Under the pieces are notes generated by a model, which worked only from the letters and a program-made list of their open reading frames with translations, did no database searches and was not told where the DNA came from. A stretch of DNA of 49,548 bases, filler included, from Catajapyx aquilonaris (lineage: Eukaryota): the NCBI GenBank assembly GCA_000934665.2. It is 2 parts of 2 records of this genome, joined end to end, with 100 filler letters (N's around TTAATTAATTAA, not from the genome) between each part and the next. Parts side by side here need not be neighbours in the genome. Positions count along the whole stretch, not along the records: positions 24,829 to 49,548 come from JYFJ02005473.1; 1 more part is not named here. One strand, given 5' to 3'. The translations under genes and the position numbers were made by a program. Shown here piece by piece: positions 24,829-37,117 of this stretch; the stretch's first letter is position 1; each line of letters starts with the position of its first letter.

Positions 24829-25040
24829 AGCCACGCTCCGTGGTAACGAAATTTTGTGTGTTGGAAGGGTCTAGCCTATTTACCAGATGCACTTCAAAGA
24901 GAAATAAATGTGAAATGAGAGATGACGTAACAGCGGGAAAGGTCCATAGCGATAAAAAGAAACGACGTCTTTCTTTCAGGATTCGATCCTTCAACCTTCA
25001 GGTTACGAAGAGAGAGTCCTAACCACTAGACCACTGCGCT
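24829..25040 (-). mobile_element. tRNA-like SINE head, truncated by the contig end
   Basis: Minus strand reads GCGCAGTGGTCTAGTGGTTAGG...GGATCGAATCC (A/B boxes) with no proper acceptor stem. Confidence 0.5.
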
Positions 25041-25824
25041 ACTTCGATACTGATACTCTCTCCAGCATATACTTATTGTAAAGGAAGGGCGCCACAAAAT
25101 TCCCCCTCGCAGTGGATGGGATCAGATGGCCATCATTCACAAAAGGAAAAGCTTGAAGGGAGAAAGTTGTTACTTATTCCTTATTTAGCAGTGGCCGGTA
25201 CCTTTAAAAGGTGTAAAAACACGTGCTTTCTGGAAACCTTTCCCGCAAATCCTCCTATTGAAGGCTTTTGGAAAGGATTTAAAAACCCCATTTTGGGTAG
25301 CTTTCTGGAAAAGAGCATGCAATTTGGGCACGTGGCTTGTAGCAGCTGAAGATAATTGAATGCTTCTATTTCCCCTCCGGAGTTAGATCAAAGGGATCGG
25401 ACGTTATGGGGATCCTTGCATTCGGGCCAAATCAGGCGAAAAAGCCTGATCCCTAGAGGGATATTCCTTCGGATTACCCTAACCCAACTGTTTTCCTAGT
25501 TGGCTTTGAACCAATCTCGTCAAAACCTATAATCACTAAACGTTTCAATAAAGAAATTTTTGTAATACATTTTTACGCGTAAAAATCTATGGAAATAACA
25601 TTTTGTGAAATATAAAAACTAATGCATTTATCAAAATTGATCTAATATGTATTTGTCGAATAACGCCATTGCAAAGGTAAAATAATCTTGAAATTTTCAA
25701 ATCACATTTAATTTTTCATTTAACGTTAGAACTTTATGCAGCCCGACATAATATTCGATCTCCGATCATGCGATTTGCAAAATGTTGGGTTTAATATTTT
25801 ATCCGCTAAACATTGTAATATTCA

Positions 25825-25905
25825 AGGTGGGACAAATGTCTACCTCTTAAGTGGTCTTGTGGGAGGTCCACAAGACCACTTAAGAGGTAGACATTTGTCC
25901 CACCT
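25825..25905. repeat. Perfect 38 bp inverted repeat with 5 nt loop
   Basis: AGGTGGGACAAATGTCTACCTCTTAAGTGGTCTTGTGG-gaggt-exact reverse complement. Confidence 0.95.
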
Positions 25906-26537
25906 CTACCCATCCATCTTCCAAGCGATACATGTGATTAATATGAGGCTATGTTAGGGGTGGTACACAATCCTGCTGTAAGATATGCTATGGCAACAGT
26001 CACCCAGTACCTATAGTAGAGAATTACATTTTTATATGGTATTACACCAGTATTACAAGTAGGCTACTTATAGGCCTACATAAGATGAGTCTATTACAGT
26101 TTGTTCATTTGGCCGGAATCGTGGTGGCTCGCGTAAGAAATATTAAATATCAAGAAAGAAAAAAAGCGTAATAATGAATTTGCATCACTTGGAGTCCTTC
26201 TTCTTAACCCAATTTGTATACTCACAGACTCTTTCACACAGAATCTTTCGTGTAATATCATACCACATTACAATACTGTAATTCGCATATAATTTTGTTC
26301 GAATAACCAGGATTAGATTGATTGAGTGATGATTGATCAATCTATAACCAGGTGACAATTTCAAAAGAACATCTGACATACCTGACTGAAACAAATATTT
26401 ATTGATTTAGCTACATCCCAAACACACCACACTGAAATGACTGGACAGACACTATACACGGCCTGTATTCACATGAAAATGTCAAGTTATTCCCGGCATC
26501 CGATCACAGGCTGCAATCAGGCCATCTTATTGACTTC

Positions 26538-29500
26538 TTAACTTGATGATCTCCATACGAACCCATCAGTTGGTGACCCATCTGACTCATCCTGCTTGTG
26601 AGCGGACTTAACCGCCGTAAATGCAGATGACCCCCCAACTATTGCGTTTGCAAATTGGGCCGAAACCATCGAATTGGGTGGCACAGGCCCTAAAAGTGGA
26701 CCATAAGGAGACGTAACCGTGTCTGAGCAGGTGAGGTCAATCCTTGTGCTGTTTTGTTGATGGGCCTCTCCTTCCCGCCTTTCTCGAGCACGTCTGTTCT
26801 GGAACCAAATCTTCACCTGTGAGAAGAGAGAAGGATAGGTCAGGACAGGCGGAATACTGGTTGGCATAACAAGCACTCTGGGACAAAGAGGGGAAGAGCA
26901 AACAAGGAAGGCCCGCATACAAAAGGCTCATGGCAAGTGAGCAATGCCGCCAGTCCTAATCACGATTTAAAGGACTGCTGTCCCCCTAACCTGGCTCATG
27001 CTGGGGGTTCGCCCAACCGAGGTAATTCTCTTGACGCTTCGTTTTTCTTTCCCGGGATGTATCGTTCTCCGGATCAGTTACATGATGGGTATCCGTCACA
27101 TGGAGAGCTATTCATCGATATTTTGTATGCATTATGTAGTGGAGTTATCGTGTCGAGGGAATGGATAACCAGGATGTGCATGAATATACTGATGCATCCA
27201 TAAATCATCAAGGATGTGGCGAAGGTTTCTCCCTAAACGAACTCGAGTCTGATAGTAATTATTCTGGATATTGACAGGGTCATTTTCTGTGATTGATTAA
27301 ATTTGATTAGGAGATGCATATACATAACCGACGCCATTATGCACCAGGTGCTTACAAATATTGCTTATAATGTAGGCTATTCAGCTTTAGAATAGTACTG
27401 ACGTCACAATTATATCCACAAATTAGACTTGTGACGTCTGACTTATTTCAGGGGCATTACACTGATGTGCTTTTGACATTGAAAGTAAACGTGATAAATT
27501 TTTATAGCTCCCTAAATATTACTCCATATCTTTCCATGCAGTAACTAAAGCGTGTTCTTCGCTTTTTGAAAAGTGGGCTGAAAAAAAGCTGACTGCATAA
27601 ATTTCAAACTATGTATCGAACAAAAGCCACGCCATATGCCAGAATCCATTAACCCATTTGCGAAACTGATCTTTACAACCCTTTGAAGCCCCACAGGGGG
27701 CGTGGCAACACCATTGGATCTAAAGAATCAGACAATAGGGCTCATGGCATTGAGAATAGGGACACGTGTCAAAGGTTAAGTTACAAGCCTTTAGGAAAAA
27801 ATGTTGCTTACCCTGTTTTCAGTCAATCCCAGCATCGTCGCTAATTCAGCGACATCTCCACTGCTCAAATACTGAGTGACTCGAAATTTGCGTTCCATGA
27901 CTGCCAGTTGGGCGTTAGAAAAAGGTACTCGAGGGCTCCTTCCAAGTTTTCTTTTCACTGGACCACTCTTCTTAGGACCTGCCCAAAAAATATATGCCAT
28001 TATAAAAGAAGGTTGGAAACCAAAATACACTCTACTCCCGATTATCCGGGTGCTGATTATCCGTGCATCGCCCCAAAAAATTAAATTTAAAATTGAAATC
28101 CTAAAAATGTGTTAAATTCCATTGCTCGATATAATGCAGGCTATTCAGCTTTAGAATAGTACTGGTACGCCCAACTACTATAACTGACAGCGTTGCAGAT
28201 TTCAAGGTAAAATAGTTTTCATGGAGTTCATGGAGTTTTACGATATTTTACATTTTGGCGAGGGTGTAAAATGCGGTCTCTGACATAACATTAGCATTTG
28301 AAATTATATTTAAAAATGAATCTTTCAAAATATTGGTCTAGACTCTCGAGTCTAGATCTGGACAATCATATACACTGTTTAAATGAAATAAGTGCGCGTT
28401 ATTTGCCGAATGATAGTGTGACTCGAAAGAAATATTTTTTATCAATACACTTGGTGCTCCAGAGGCGTCGTTCAGTCAGAAAACGAGGATTTGTCAGGGG
28501 TCATACAAACATGTCATACCCTCAGTAACCATAGCAATACCATGGTTGCAATGCTACTACAACAGTTGGTTCCATCCAAAGAGTTCTGCTATAATAATAC
28601 TTAGAGAGCACGCGAGGTGAAATGTGAGGCAGGCTAACAATATGACTCAAGTAAAGATGGCGGACACCTGACATTACTGGACTAATTGTCGTCCCAGTTG
28701 TCATTATTGGTTGTTGTCACAGTTGCTATACAACTGTTAGAACAACAATATGACCCAAGTAAAGATGGCAGCTGCCTCAGCCTGGCTTAATGGGAAAGGA
28801 TAGGGAGTAGGTATATAGATTAGTAGGCATATTATAGCTGAACTCTTTGGTTCCATCAGACAATAACGTCACAAACACGTCAAACTGTGATAACCATAGT
28901 GACCACCAAATGGTAATCAAATTACAGCAGCAGTTGTTCCATGGTGGTCACTATGGTTACCACAGTTTGACGTGTTTGTGACGTCATTGTCTGATGGAAC
29001 AACTGTTTTAGTAGCATTGCAACCATGGTACTGCAAGGGGTACTCGGTACTCCGGTGTACACCTGCAGTGGTACTACCAGGTCTCAGGTACTTGAATTTC
29101 CAGTGTACACTCGAGTGGTTAACCTCTTGTGGTATTGCTACGGTTACTGAGGGTATGACATGTTTGTATATGACCCCTGACAAACCCTCGTTTTCTGACC
29201 TAACGACGAGTCTGGGACACCAAGTGTATATTGGCAAAAAAAAAAATTATTTCGAGTCACTATCTCTCAGCAAAAAACACGCACTTATTTTACACGGTGT
29301 ATACAGGTTAACTGACATCAAATAGACAACAATGACACAGATTAGTTGAAGTTAAACTCTCAATTTCACCATTATGATAACCATGCCCATCTCATCCTGA
29401 AGATGTCCCCATATAAAAAAAACATCTTACGTTGCAGTTTAGGGGGCTTGTATCTAGTGCACTGTAACCACTCGAAACGTGGTTCTTCCGACGACGACGA

Positions 29501-29629
29501 TTCCTCTTCTTCCTCTTCAGGTTTGTCTGATGCCAAAATTCTGTCAATGCCGAATCCCAGCTTCTTGGACGACCCAGCTGTCGAGTCTTTTGCGGCCGTC
29601 ATCAGGAGACCCAGCCTGTCCACGTCCAT
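26538..29629 (-). CDS. Msxlx: ANTP-class (NK-like) homeobox protein, Msx-like (Msxlx) family
   Basis: Exons 29629-29431, 27978-27812 and 26816-26538 (phase-consistent, 214 aa; an upstream exon is possible). Homeodomain GRSPRVPFSNAQLAVMERKFRVTQYLSSGDVAELATMLGLTENRVKIWFQNRRARERR; eh1-like FGIDRIL; WLQCTRYKPPKL motif. Confidence 0.82.
28373..29299. mobile_element. Palindromic TA-flanked MITE with a second MITE (28519-29153) at its centre
   Basis: Outer arms 28373-28518 / 29154-29299 (CACTG...CGGTG); inner TIRs CCCTCAGTAACC / GGTTACTGAGGG with TA flanks; internal hairpin about 28849-29000. Confidence 0.8.
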
Positions 29630-30642
29630 GGACAGTTGTTTCCAAACAAGTGATGGTGCCGCTTTTGCCCTGGACTAGGAAGGGGGGCATCTTCCGCTTT
29701 GCTGATTGGGGGATGCGACCACAGGTAATCTGATCCATTCATTCTTACAAGAACAGGAGGGCCCGCCGGCTAAATTCCCGGCTAATGATCCAGAAGATGT
29801 GGAGGATGGGACAGGAAGGTGGAAGGGGGGTGGGTTATCTTTTGCAAACTCTTAATATATGACCAGATGTTTAATTTTTTGACAATATAGCTTTTGAATA
29901 TGTCATCAAAAATTCGCAGTGCCATAGGGACATGTGCCTGTGTAGTGTAACGAATTTATATGTTTGACCTTTAAGAGTTGACTAGCATGCGTAGACGTGT
30001 CCAAGATTCTGGTCAATATAAAAATCTGTTATAATTAGCCGGTTCCAAAGAGGAGGAAGCCTTCCAGCTAATTGAGTAAGACTGACAGGAATAGAAAGAA
30101 TGGGGGGGCTAGTAAGCTCGTTGTTTTTTTTTTCTCTCTTTTCAAGTCACTATTGTGCGACTTTAATTGGCCGCCTAGTTTTCTTTTGAAAATATTGTAG
30201 AATGAAAATGGCTTCGGGCAACTGTAACAACAACTATAGATCTTTCCCTTGATTCTGAAAGAAAGCAACGTGATATATTCGCTAATTATGTAATATTTGC
30301 GCGTGCTCAGAAAACGTTTCTGTCAGACCAAGTTGGAACAAAAATAGTTTCAGACTCATATTGATGAAAAAGTCCACCCTCGTCTACATCCTACTCGTCA
30401 AGTATGTCAGAAAGTGAAATAAAGCTGGAACCATATTTAATGAGAGTTTCAAATGATATTACTATATATAATTACATTTAATGAGGCGACACAGGTAAGA
30501 TGCGAGAATGCATCCGATTGCCCCTATTTGATATGACATTTGTTCCATTCGAGAGACAAACGAACTTTATGACCATTTATAAAAATATCTATATGAACAG
30601 CTTAAAACTCGGTTAAAATTAAAACAGCAGTACATTATTCCC

Positions 30643-33600
30643 TTACGGCTTGACTTCTTCAGGTGGAACCACATGCAAGAGAAGTTGACACATAACTGTG
30701 AATTTATCTATCAAAAGAGAATAAAACAGCAGTTAGAATAAGATCATCCGCAACTGGAGTTTGTAAATATTTTGTAAATATTTCACAACTAATAGCTACT
30801 AACCCATTCCTGGTAATTTTCGTCTATTTCGTATCAAAGCATAATAGACAATCAGTCCAAGTCCTAAGCATACTAGCCCCAAGATATATTCCAGTCTTGG
30901 GTTAGTGACGAATGGAGCTACTATGAAGTAACAATTAATTATTACCAAGAAGATAGGAACCACACTAGGAACCTACAAAAAAAAAACAAGGCCAATTATT
31001 TTTATCTTGTTAATTCCAACATGACGTCATTTTCATCAACCACGAAGATTCGTGTTACACAGTGTGAGAAAAATCCTCACCCTAAAAGGTCTGGGAGCGT
31101 CCTTTTTCTTGCGACGCAGAAAAAATACGCTCAAAGTGGTAGCCGCAGATATAAATTGCTGGATAAATACCATGAAACCTATGATCTCTGTTATTCCTGC
31201 GTAAGCCACCATCGGAAGTGCGATGAGAGTCTATTAGATAATATCACGAGATTAATTGTCAGAATGTTGGATGGCAGAGAGTATAAGATTGCTCACCCTC
31301 ATAATAATTGCAGGACTAGGTGAAAATCGTGTCACGTGAAGGTATGAAATTAGTCGCATGACATGACCATTTCTGCTAGCAGCGTAGCAAACCCTGCCAT
31401 AAAAGAGTGCGTGTCATACACTGTATAGTTAAAAACATTGCATGCATACCTTCCTGCTGTGAACTGATCGCCATTAGCAGCTCCAAAGATAGAAATGGCG
31501 ATGGCAATGGGAAAAGCAACTGCTGCAGGACCTAAAACTTTTCCAGCAAAATCCTGAAAAAATGATTTGATTTTTATATATTTTTCTATAGTGTCGTACA
31601 ACAATAAGGCGTGAACTTACAATGGCGACAGTAGGTGACGCGGCCATTTCTTCAGGTGACAATCCTGTGAAGTACGCAACATTCACCATGACGTAGCAGG
31701 TTGTAACAATAGCAATTGAGATCAACATGGCCAGAGGCAGCGTCCTAAATATGAATGGAAGATAAAATTACACCTATTATTCAGAAAGGGCGAGAAAGGA
31801 TGTTTATTTGTTATTCCGAAAGATTTTTGACATGTTCAGCATATGAGTGTGTCAGGATGGACATGATGGAGAAAGGAAAGGCTATTCTCGACCAGGATAT
31901 TAAGCTCATTACCAGAATCACAAAAATAGGGATATGGAACAATAGTGATCACTAGCATCCAAGGTTTCGCTTTTTTTTTCCTCATGAAGGAGGTTATGGA
32001 TAGGTTGAATTGAAAAGTTGAAGTAGCAACGGACAGGATGTTAGAAATGGTTGTGATGATACGCTCTGATGCGGTGCTAACAGGGTTTGCTCGTAACATC
32101 CTTTTCCACCCCGTGAACATTTTATTTCACTTCACCTGTGTGGATTCTTCACTTCTTCTGTGACGCAAGTCAGACACTGCCTGAGGAACAAAAAAAAAAT
32201 TGAATCATATGAAAATCAATTCGTTCCGATTGTATAGTAGTGGAATAGTAATGACATGGCATTTGAAGCAAGGAATAAATCACTAAATATCACCGTTGTA
32301 CAATATAATTTATGACTTGTTCCTTGTACACTTGTACAGTAAGTCATAAACAACTTGTTACAGTTTTGTCAAGCAACCAGATTAGCTACACGTAGCTATA
32401 CTGTACGTTAACCCTGACATGTAGCTTTTGGTTACGGTTCAACCACATTAAATGTTGTGAAAAGATAGTATTATGGAATTTAGATAAATGTATTTTAATA
32501 TCAAAAATAGTGCGATATGTGAGGATAGCCATACAGTCCAGCGTTGATTATCCGGATAAAACCTGACAAAGTTTATAATAACAAGTAGATGTGAACTAAT
32601 CACATTTTATAGCAAACAACATGGGGAAATCGTGGGTTAAGGAAATATAGACTATGAAAGGAAAGTACTTCTAGTATACGCTACATTTAATCACCAAACT
32701 CTTCTAGTATGTGTTCTTTAATATGATTGATACTACAATCCGCTTTATTTATCGCAACGAACTTTGTATACGATAGCTACTGTATGTCTGACCAGTGCCA
32801 ATGCTATTTACAACCGGACACTCTTGTTATCGGATGTGTGTCCGCAATGACCAACGGAGTTCAACGGTAGCTCCCTGTCGCAAATAGTTTCGCCACTGCA
32901 CAGGCCGGACAGAACAATTACTCTTCCCTAGAACATCGGAATAGCCATGATACCCACTCTTATTTCATCCTAGTCTGGAAATTTACTGTATTATTCCGCC
33001 AATTATCCTGGAAATATGCTAATGCGGAATAGCAACATGTTTCTAAATATAGCCCACTGTAGTTAGCCTAGACTAGTACTGACATCACAATAAGCAAAAA
33101 ATGATTGTCAACAAATCATAAACGGCACTAACAATGAAAACCTTGTGACTTTAGTATTCTAAGGTTGAAAATTATGTGCCACTCTCTCATGGTTGTTTTC
33201 ATATAGAAAGCTTGACGACATGATCAACATTGACTTTAGCGACGCTTAGAAGCCATGCAGATATGCATGAAAAATCATGTATGTAGAGAACACATTATCA
33301 ACCCAATATAGTCCCCTTGGTATGCGGCAGGAGGTCACGTGTGCAGTATAACAGGTGTCGCAATTACTGAGACAGGCACAATCTACCGCGAAGGTCGTCG
33401 CACGTGCATGAAATGCGCCAGTGCAAATGTAATGTACAACAAAAACATTGTGGCATTATTGCGAGCCTCACACATCAGGATTACATACCATCCTCCGTAT
33501 GATAAAAGGGCGCCATAAAAGGCACTTGCAATATCGCCCGGGGATTCTGAGCTGTTAGTGAAGCCTTGTGACAAATACTGCGTATGTCCTGAAATGATAT

Positions 33601-35443
33601 TATTAGGTGCATTGTGGTTTTGTCACCTAGAACTGCATGAATTATGTCACGGTACTGTACCTGTCAGCATGTAGTACACGCCGGATGCAATAAGGACCAT
33701 AATACCGATCATTTTGGCAAATGTGAAAATCACTTGCACTCTAATAGCCAACTTAACATTGACGCTGTTGACATAAGCTATGATTCCTGAGTAAAAAAAA
33801 TGTAATATTTAGGTCAAAATCGTAGAACTCCACCAGCCATTATTTTACATGTACATACTGTAAAGTACCGCACTGTACGTGAAAACCGGAAATGTAGAGC
33901 GATGATCAGAGTCTTACATTGAGTTAAGCATTATTTGATAAGAGTCCTAAAAGTGCACTTTCTGAGGTTTCGGTCAGTTTAAAGCCTCCTAGAGATATTT
34001 GTGAAAAATTAATCCCATGCAATATATTGATCTAAAATTCAAACCAACATAAAATTATCTTGAAATATACGAATATCGCTCTGCTTTTCAGGTTCTTCGC
34101 GTGTAATTTGTTAGAACATGCAAAAATATGAAGCAGTCAAAAAATGGCAATGGGCCATAATATCCGAGATTTAAAAAAACGGAAAATGTGGCAACAATAT
34201 ACAATACAGCCACAATACAATGGCCGTAATAAAACACGGAGAAAAATTATTTCAAGTAATAAACATTGTGCATATTTTGTAGTGCGTGTTGCAGTAATAT
34301 TCTACGTAAATACTGTTCAACCATCAAATTGGCGAGCAATGAATGTGAAATTGATATAACATTTATAAAAGTAGTTAACATAGGAAAATTGATAACTCAT
34401 TATGCCTGAATAATATTTAAATTTTGGAAAAGTTGCATTCTGACCATAGCATAGGTTACAGTCGTTACACACTTGCTCCATTAAAACTTGAGCTTCCTCC
34501 TTTATGTAGTCTACATTGCACAGCATGATGATCAAATAGCTACAGCACATTTGACCCATTAGTAGTATTTTCAAATGAAAATCTACACAAAATCTTATCT
34601 TCTACATTAGTTAATTGTCATAATAATAGCGTCGTACCAAGAGTTGCAGCAGCCAACAGCTTGATGGCTACAGCTGCATCTTCCGAACTGACCATGAAGC
34701 TACGCACAACATACTGTGAGAAATTCAGCGCATAAAAGGCCATAGCTGCTGGCCCAGTAAAAAATGTTGTCACCCACGATGTTAAAAATGCCGGCAAATC
34801 ACCGTACGCTTCCATTATGTAGGAATAATCTGATCCACATAACGGAACCACAGTTCCCAATTCCATATACACAAGGGAACCTTAAAGCCAAATTTTTGAA
34901 GTATAAATAGTAGCACAATAATATTATAAACCTGGAAACATACCAAGAAATGACAGTAGTCCACCTAATACCCAGACGAGTAAAGACAAACCAGGAGATT
35001 TAGCCATACTTGCTACACTTGACGGAGTTATGAATATGCCAGCTCCTATAATGAGGGAAAAAAATACACCACATCTTATTCCAGCTATAATCTCTTTTTT
35101 TTTTCAAACTAGTGTTACATTTCCACATTTCACTGGCGTAATGTGACAAAAAATGGTACAAAATAATATCAATACCTATCATTGATCCAACTATAAAATT
35201 GACACTTCCAAAAAGACCCAGCTGTCTTTTAAGATTAACGTCCTCCATCTGTTTGCCATTGGGCATAACATCCAATTCCATGTCATTGGAACGGACATCT
35301 CCAGTCCTTGACCCATCTAAATGCCAATAATAAAACAAATCATAACAAATTCCTATACCACACAAAAAAAATATGCTATATCACTGACCTGACACGAACG
35401 CCTGATTAACAACCCCAACTTTCCTTCTCCGTTCTTCCGACAT
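30643..35443 (-). CDS. SLC7 / LAT-family amino-acid transporter (506 aa, 13 coding exons)
   Basis: Exons 35443-35389, 35316-35176, 35045-34944, 34880-34638, 33786-33661, 33588-33489, 32180-32136, 31744-31621, 31553-31450, 31393-31297, 31230-31081, 30972-30804 and 30707-30643, all GT/AG and in phase. Motifs IVGSMIGAGIFITP, YMELGT, YGGW, TEEVKNPHRTLP and RPFRVP. Confidence 0.93.
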
Positions 35444-36330
35444 GCCTCCCTAAAAATATGTCCAGAAAAATGGCTTATAAAATGCCCTTCTCCTCCTCCT
35501 CACTTACAAAAAAAAAAAAAAAACCCAACCTAAATTCATAAATCACATACGTACCTTTCGGATATCCTCTCCGGAGCACTTCCCGAAAGTTGACAGCGAT
35601 TGAGTAGAGTAGGTTACTCTCAATCCTTAAAAGCCACGTTTCACTTGGTTGCTGACCACATCGCCAGTGGCAAAAATTATTGGGGCCAGGGACAGAATGA
35701 ATGGTTGCATGTGTACCTGCTGACTACCTCTCGCCAACTGACATCCATACGGTAGTAGCGAGAGTACAAATATGATCACTATTGCTTTCGTGATTCTGGA
35801 GGCAAGGACGGGAGATTCCCACCCATCATCCATTGCACGCGGCAATTTACATAACCTATCCGATGCTACCTGTGGATTGGCATTGATAAACATCTGGCAG
35901 AATTTTTATTGATGCATGTGGCATACGCGGGAATTACTGTAATTGGTGTATTTACTGTCACAAATTATGGAATTATTAGAGGAAATCATGTAGTAGATTC
36001 CCATTTCTTGGGAGCTTCAAAAATATACCCAAACTTATACACTTGCTTTAGTCACAGACACCTTTCAAGTGATATGACGAGTGACAGTGTAATTATGTAT
36101 TTGCAAGTACACTGATTACAATATGCTATAAATGCCTTAAATGGTTTTTCAAGCAAATGCTGTCAACCGCAAGTGTCTGATATGGTGAAGTAGGTGAGAA
36201 ATATTTTTACAATCAGGGTAATATCCAAAAAGAGCAATGGCATATAATATATTATATAATAATGATATAATAATATAAATTTACGATTATCTTCGTGTCT
36301 TAATTTTTGAAAAAACGCTGGCTCAAAATA

Positions 36331-36581
36331 CAGGGATGGTCCAAATTCGTAGGTCGTTTTTTTTAAATAACAAATACTGATAATATCGCCTGATATAGTA
36401 ATTATTTTTTGTAGATTGTTGTGCCCCTGACCTGTTGCCCCATTACTCCCAGGGGGTCTAATGTAGCAGTTGCTATAGAATGGGGCACCTTGTTAGACCA
36501 ACAAGCTACAAAAATAACCACTATCACTCTATCGGGCGATATCAGTTATACAAAATCGAGAAACGAATTGGAACACCCTCG
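36331..36581. mobile_element. Old Tc1/mariner-type MITE
   Basis: CAGGGATGGTCCAAATTCGT / ACGAATTGGAACACCCTCG termini with imperfect internal arms. Confidence 0.55.
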
Positions 36582-37117
36582 TCTGCTGTTCTCGTCGGTT
36601 TGACAGCATAATGCCATCCATCCATGACTTGTCACCTCGTATTGAAAATGTTATAATATTTTTTTGTAAAGAGAGAGAAAAGAGGGAGAAAATTTGCTAC
36701 TTGAAAGGATAACATAGTGTATAGAGGGGGGAAATATGCAGCGAGACAATTATTAAGAAGGTTAACATATTATGCAACTTAACTAAGACAATGTAGATGT
36801 GCCACCCAGTCCGGAAGTGACTGTTGCTGAAATATACGGTATGTTATTTTGAAAAACGAAAGATAGAATTTTAGAATAATGAATGAGTTATTAGTTTTTT
36901 GTTTTAAAAAGAAAATCGGTGATTTTTGCTTAACGCTTTACCGCATAATTAAATATATCAGAGAGATAGATCGTCTGGAAAGTTGGTATAAATCTGGCAA
37001 AAAAGAGGCTTAAATTACGCAAAATTTGACATCTATCTCAATCTCTTGCTGCCAGTTGCAACAACTCAAATTATGAAGAAAATCTCCGATTATGCACATA
37101 GTGAATACATACACGTA

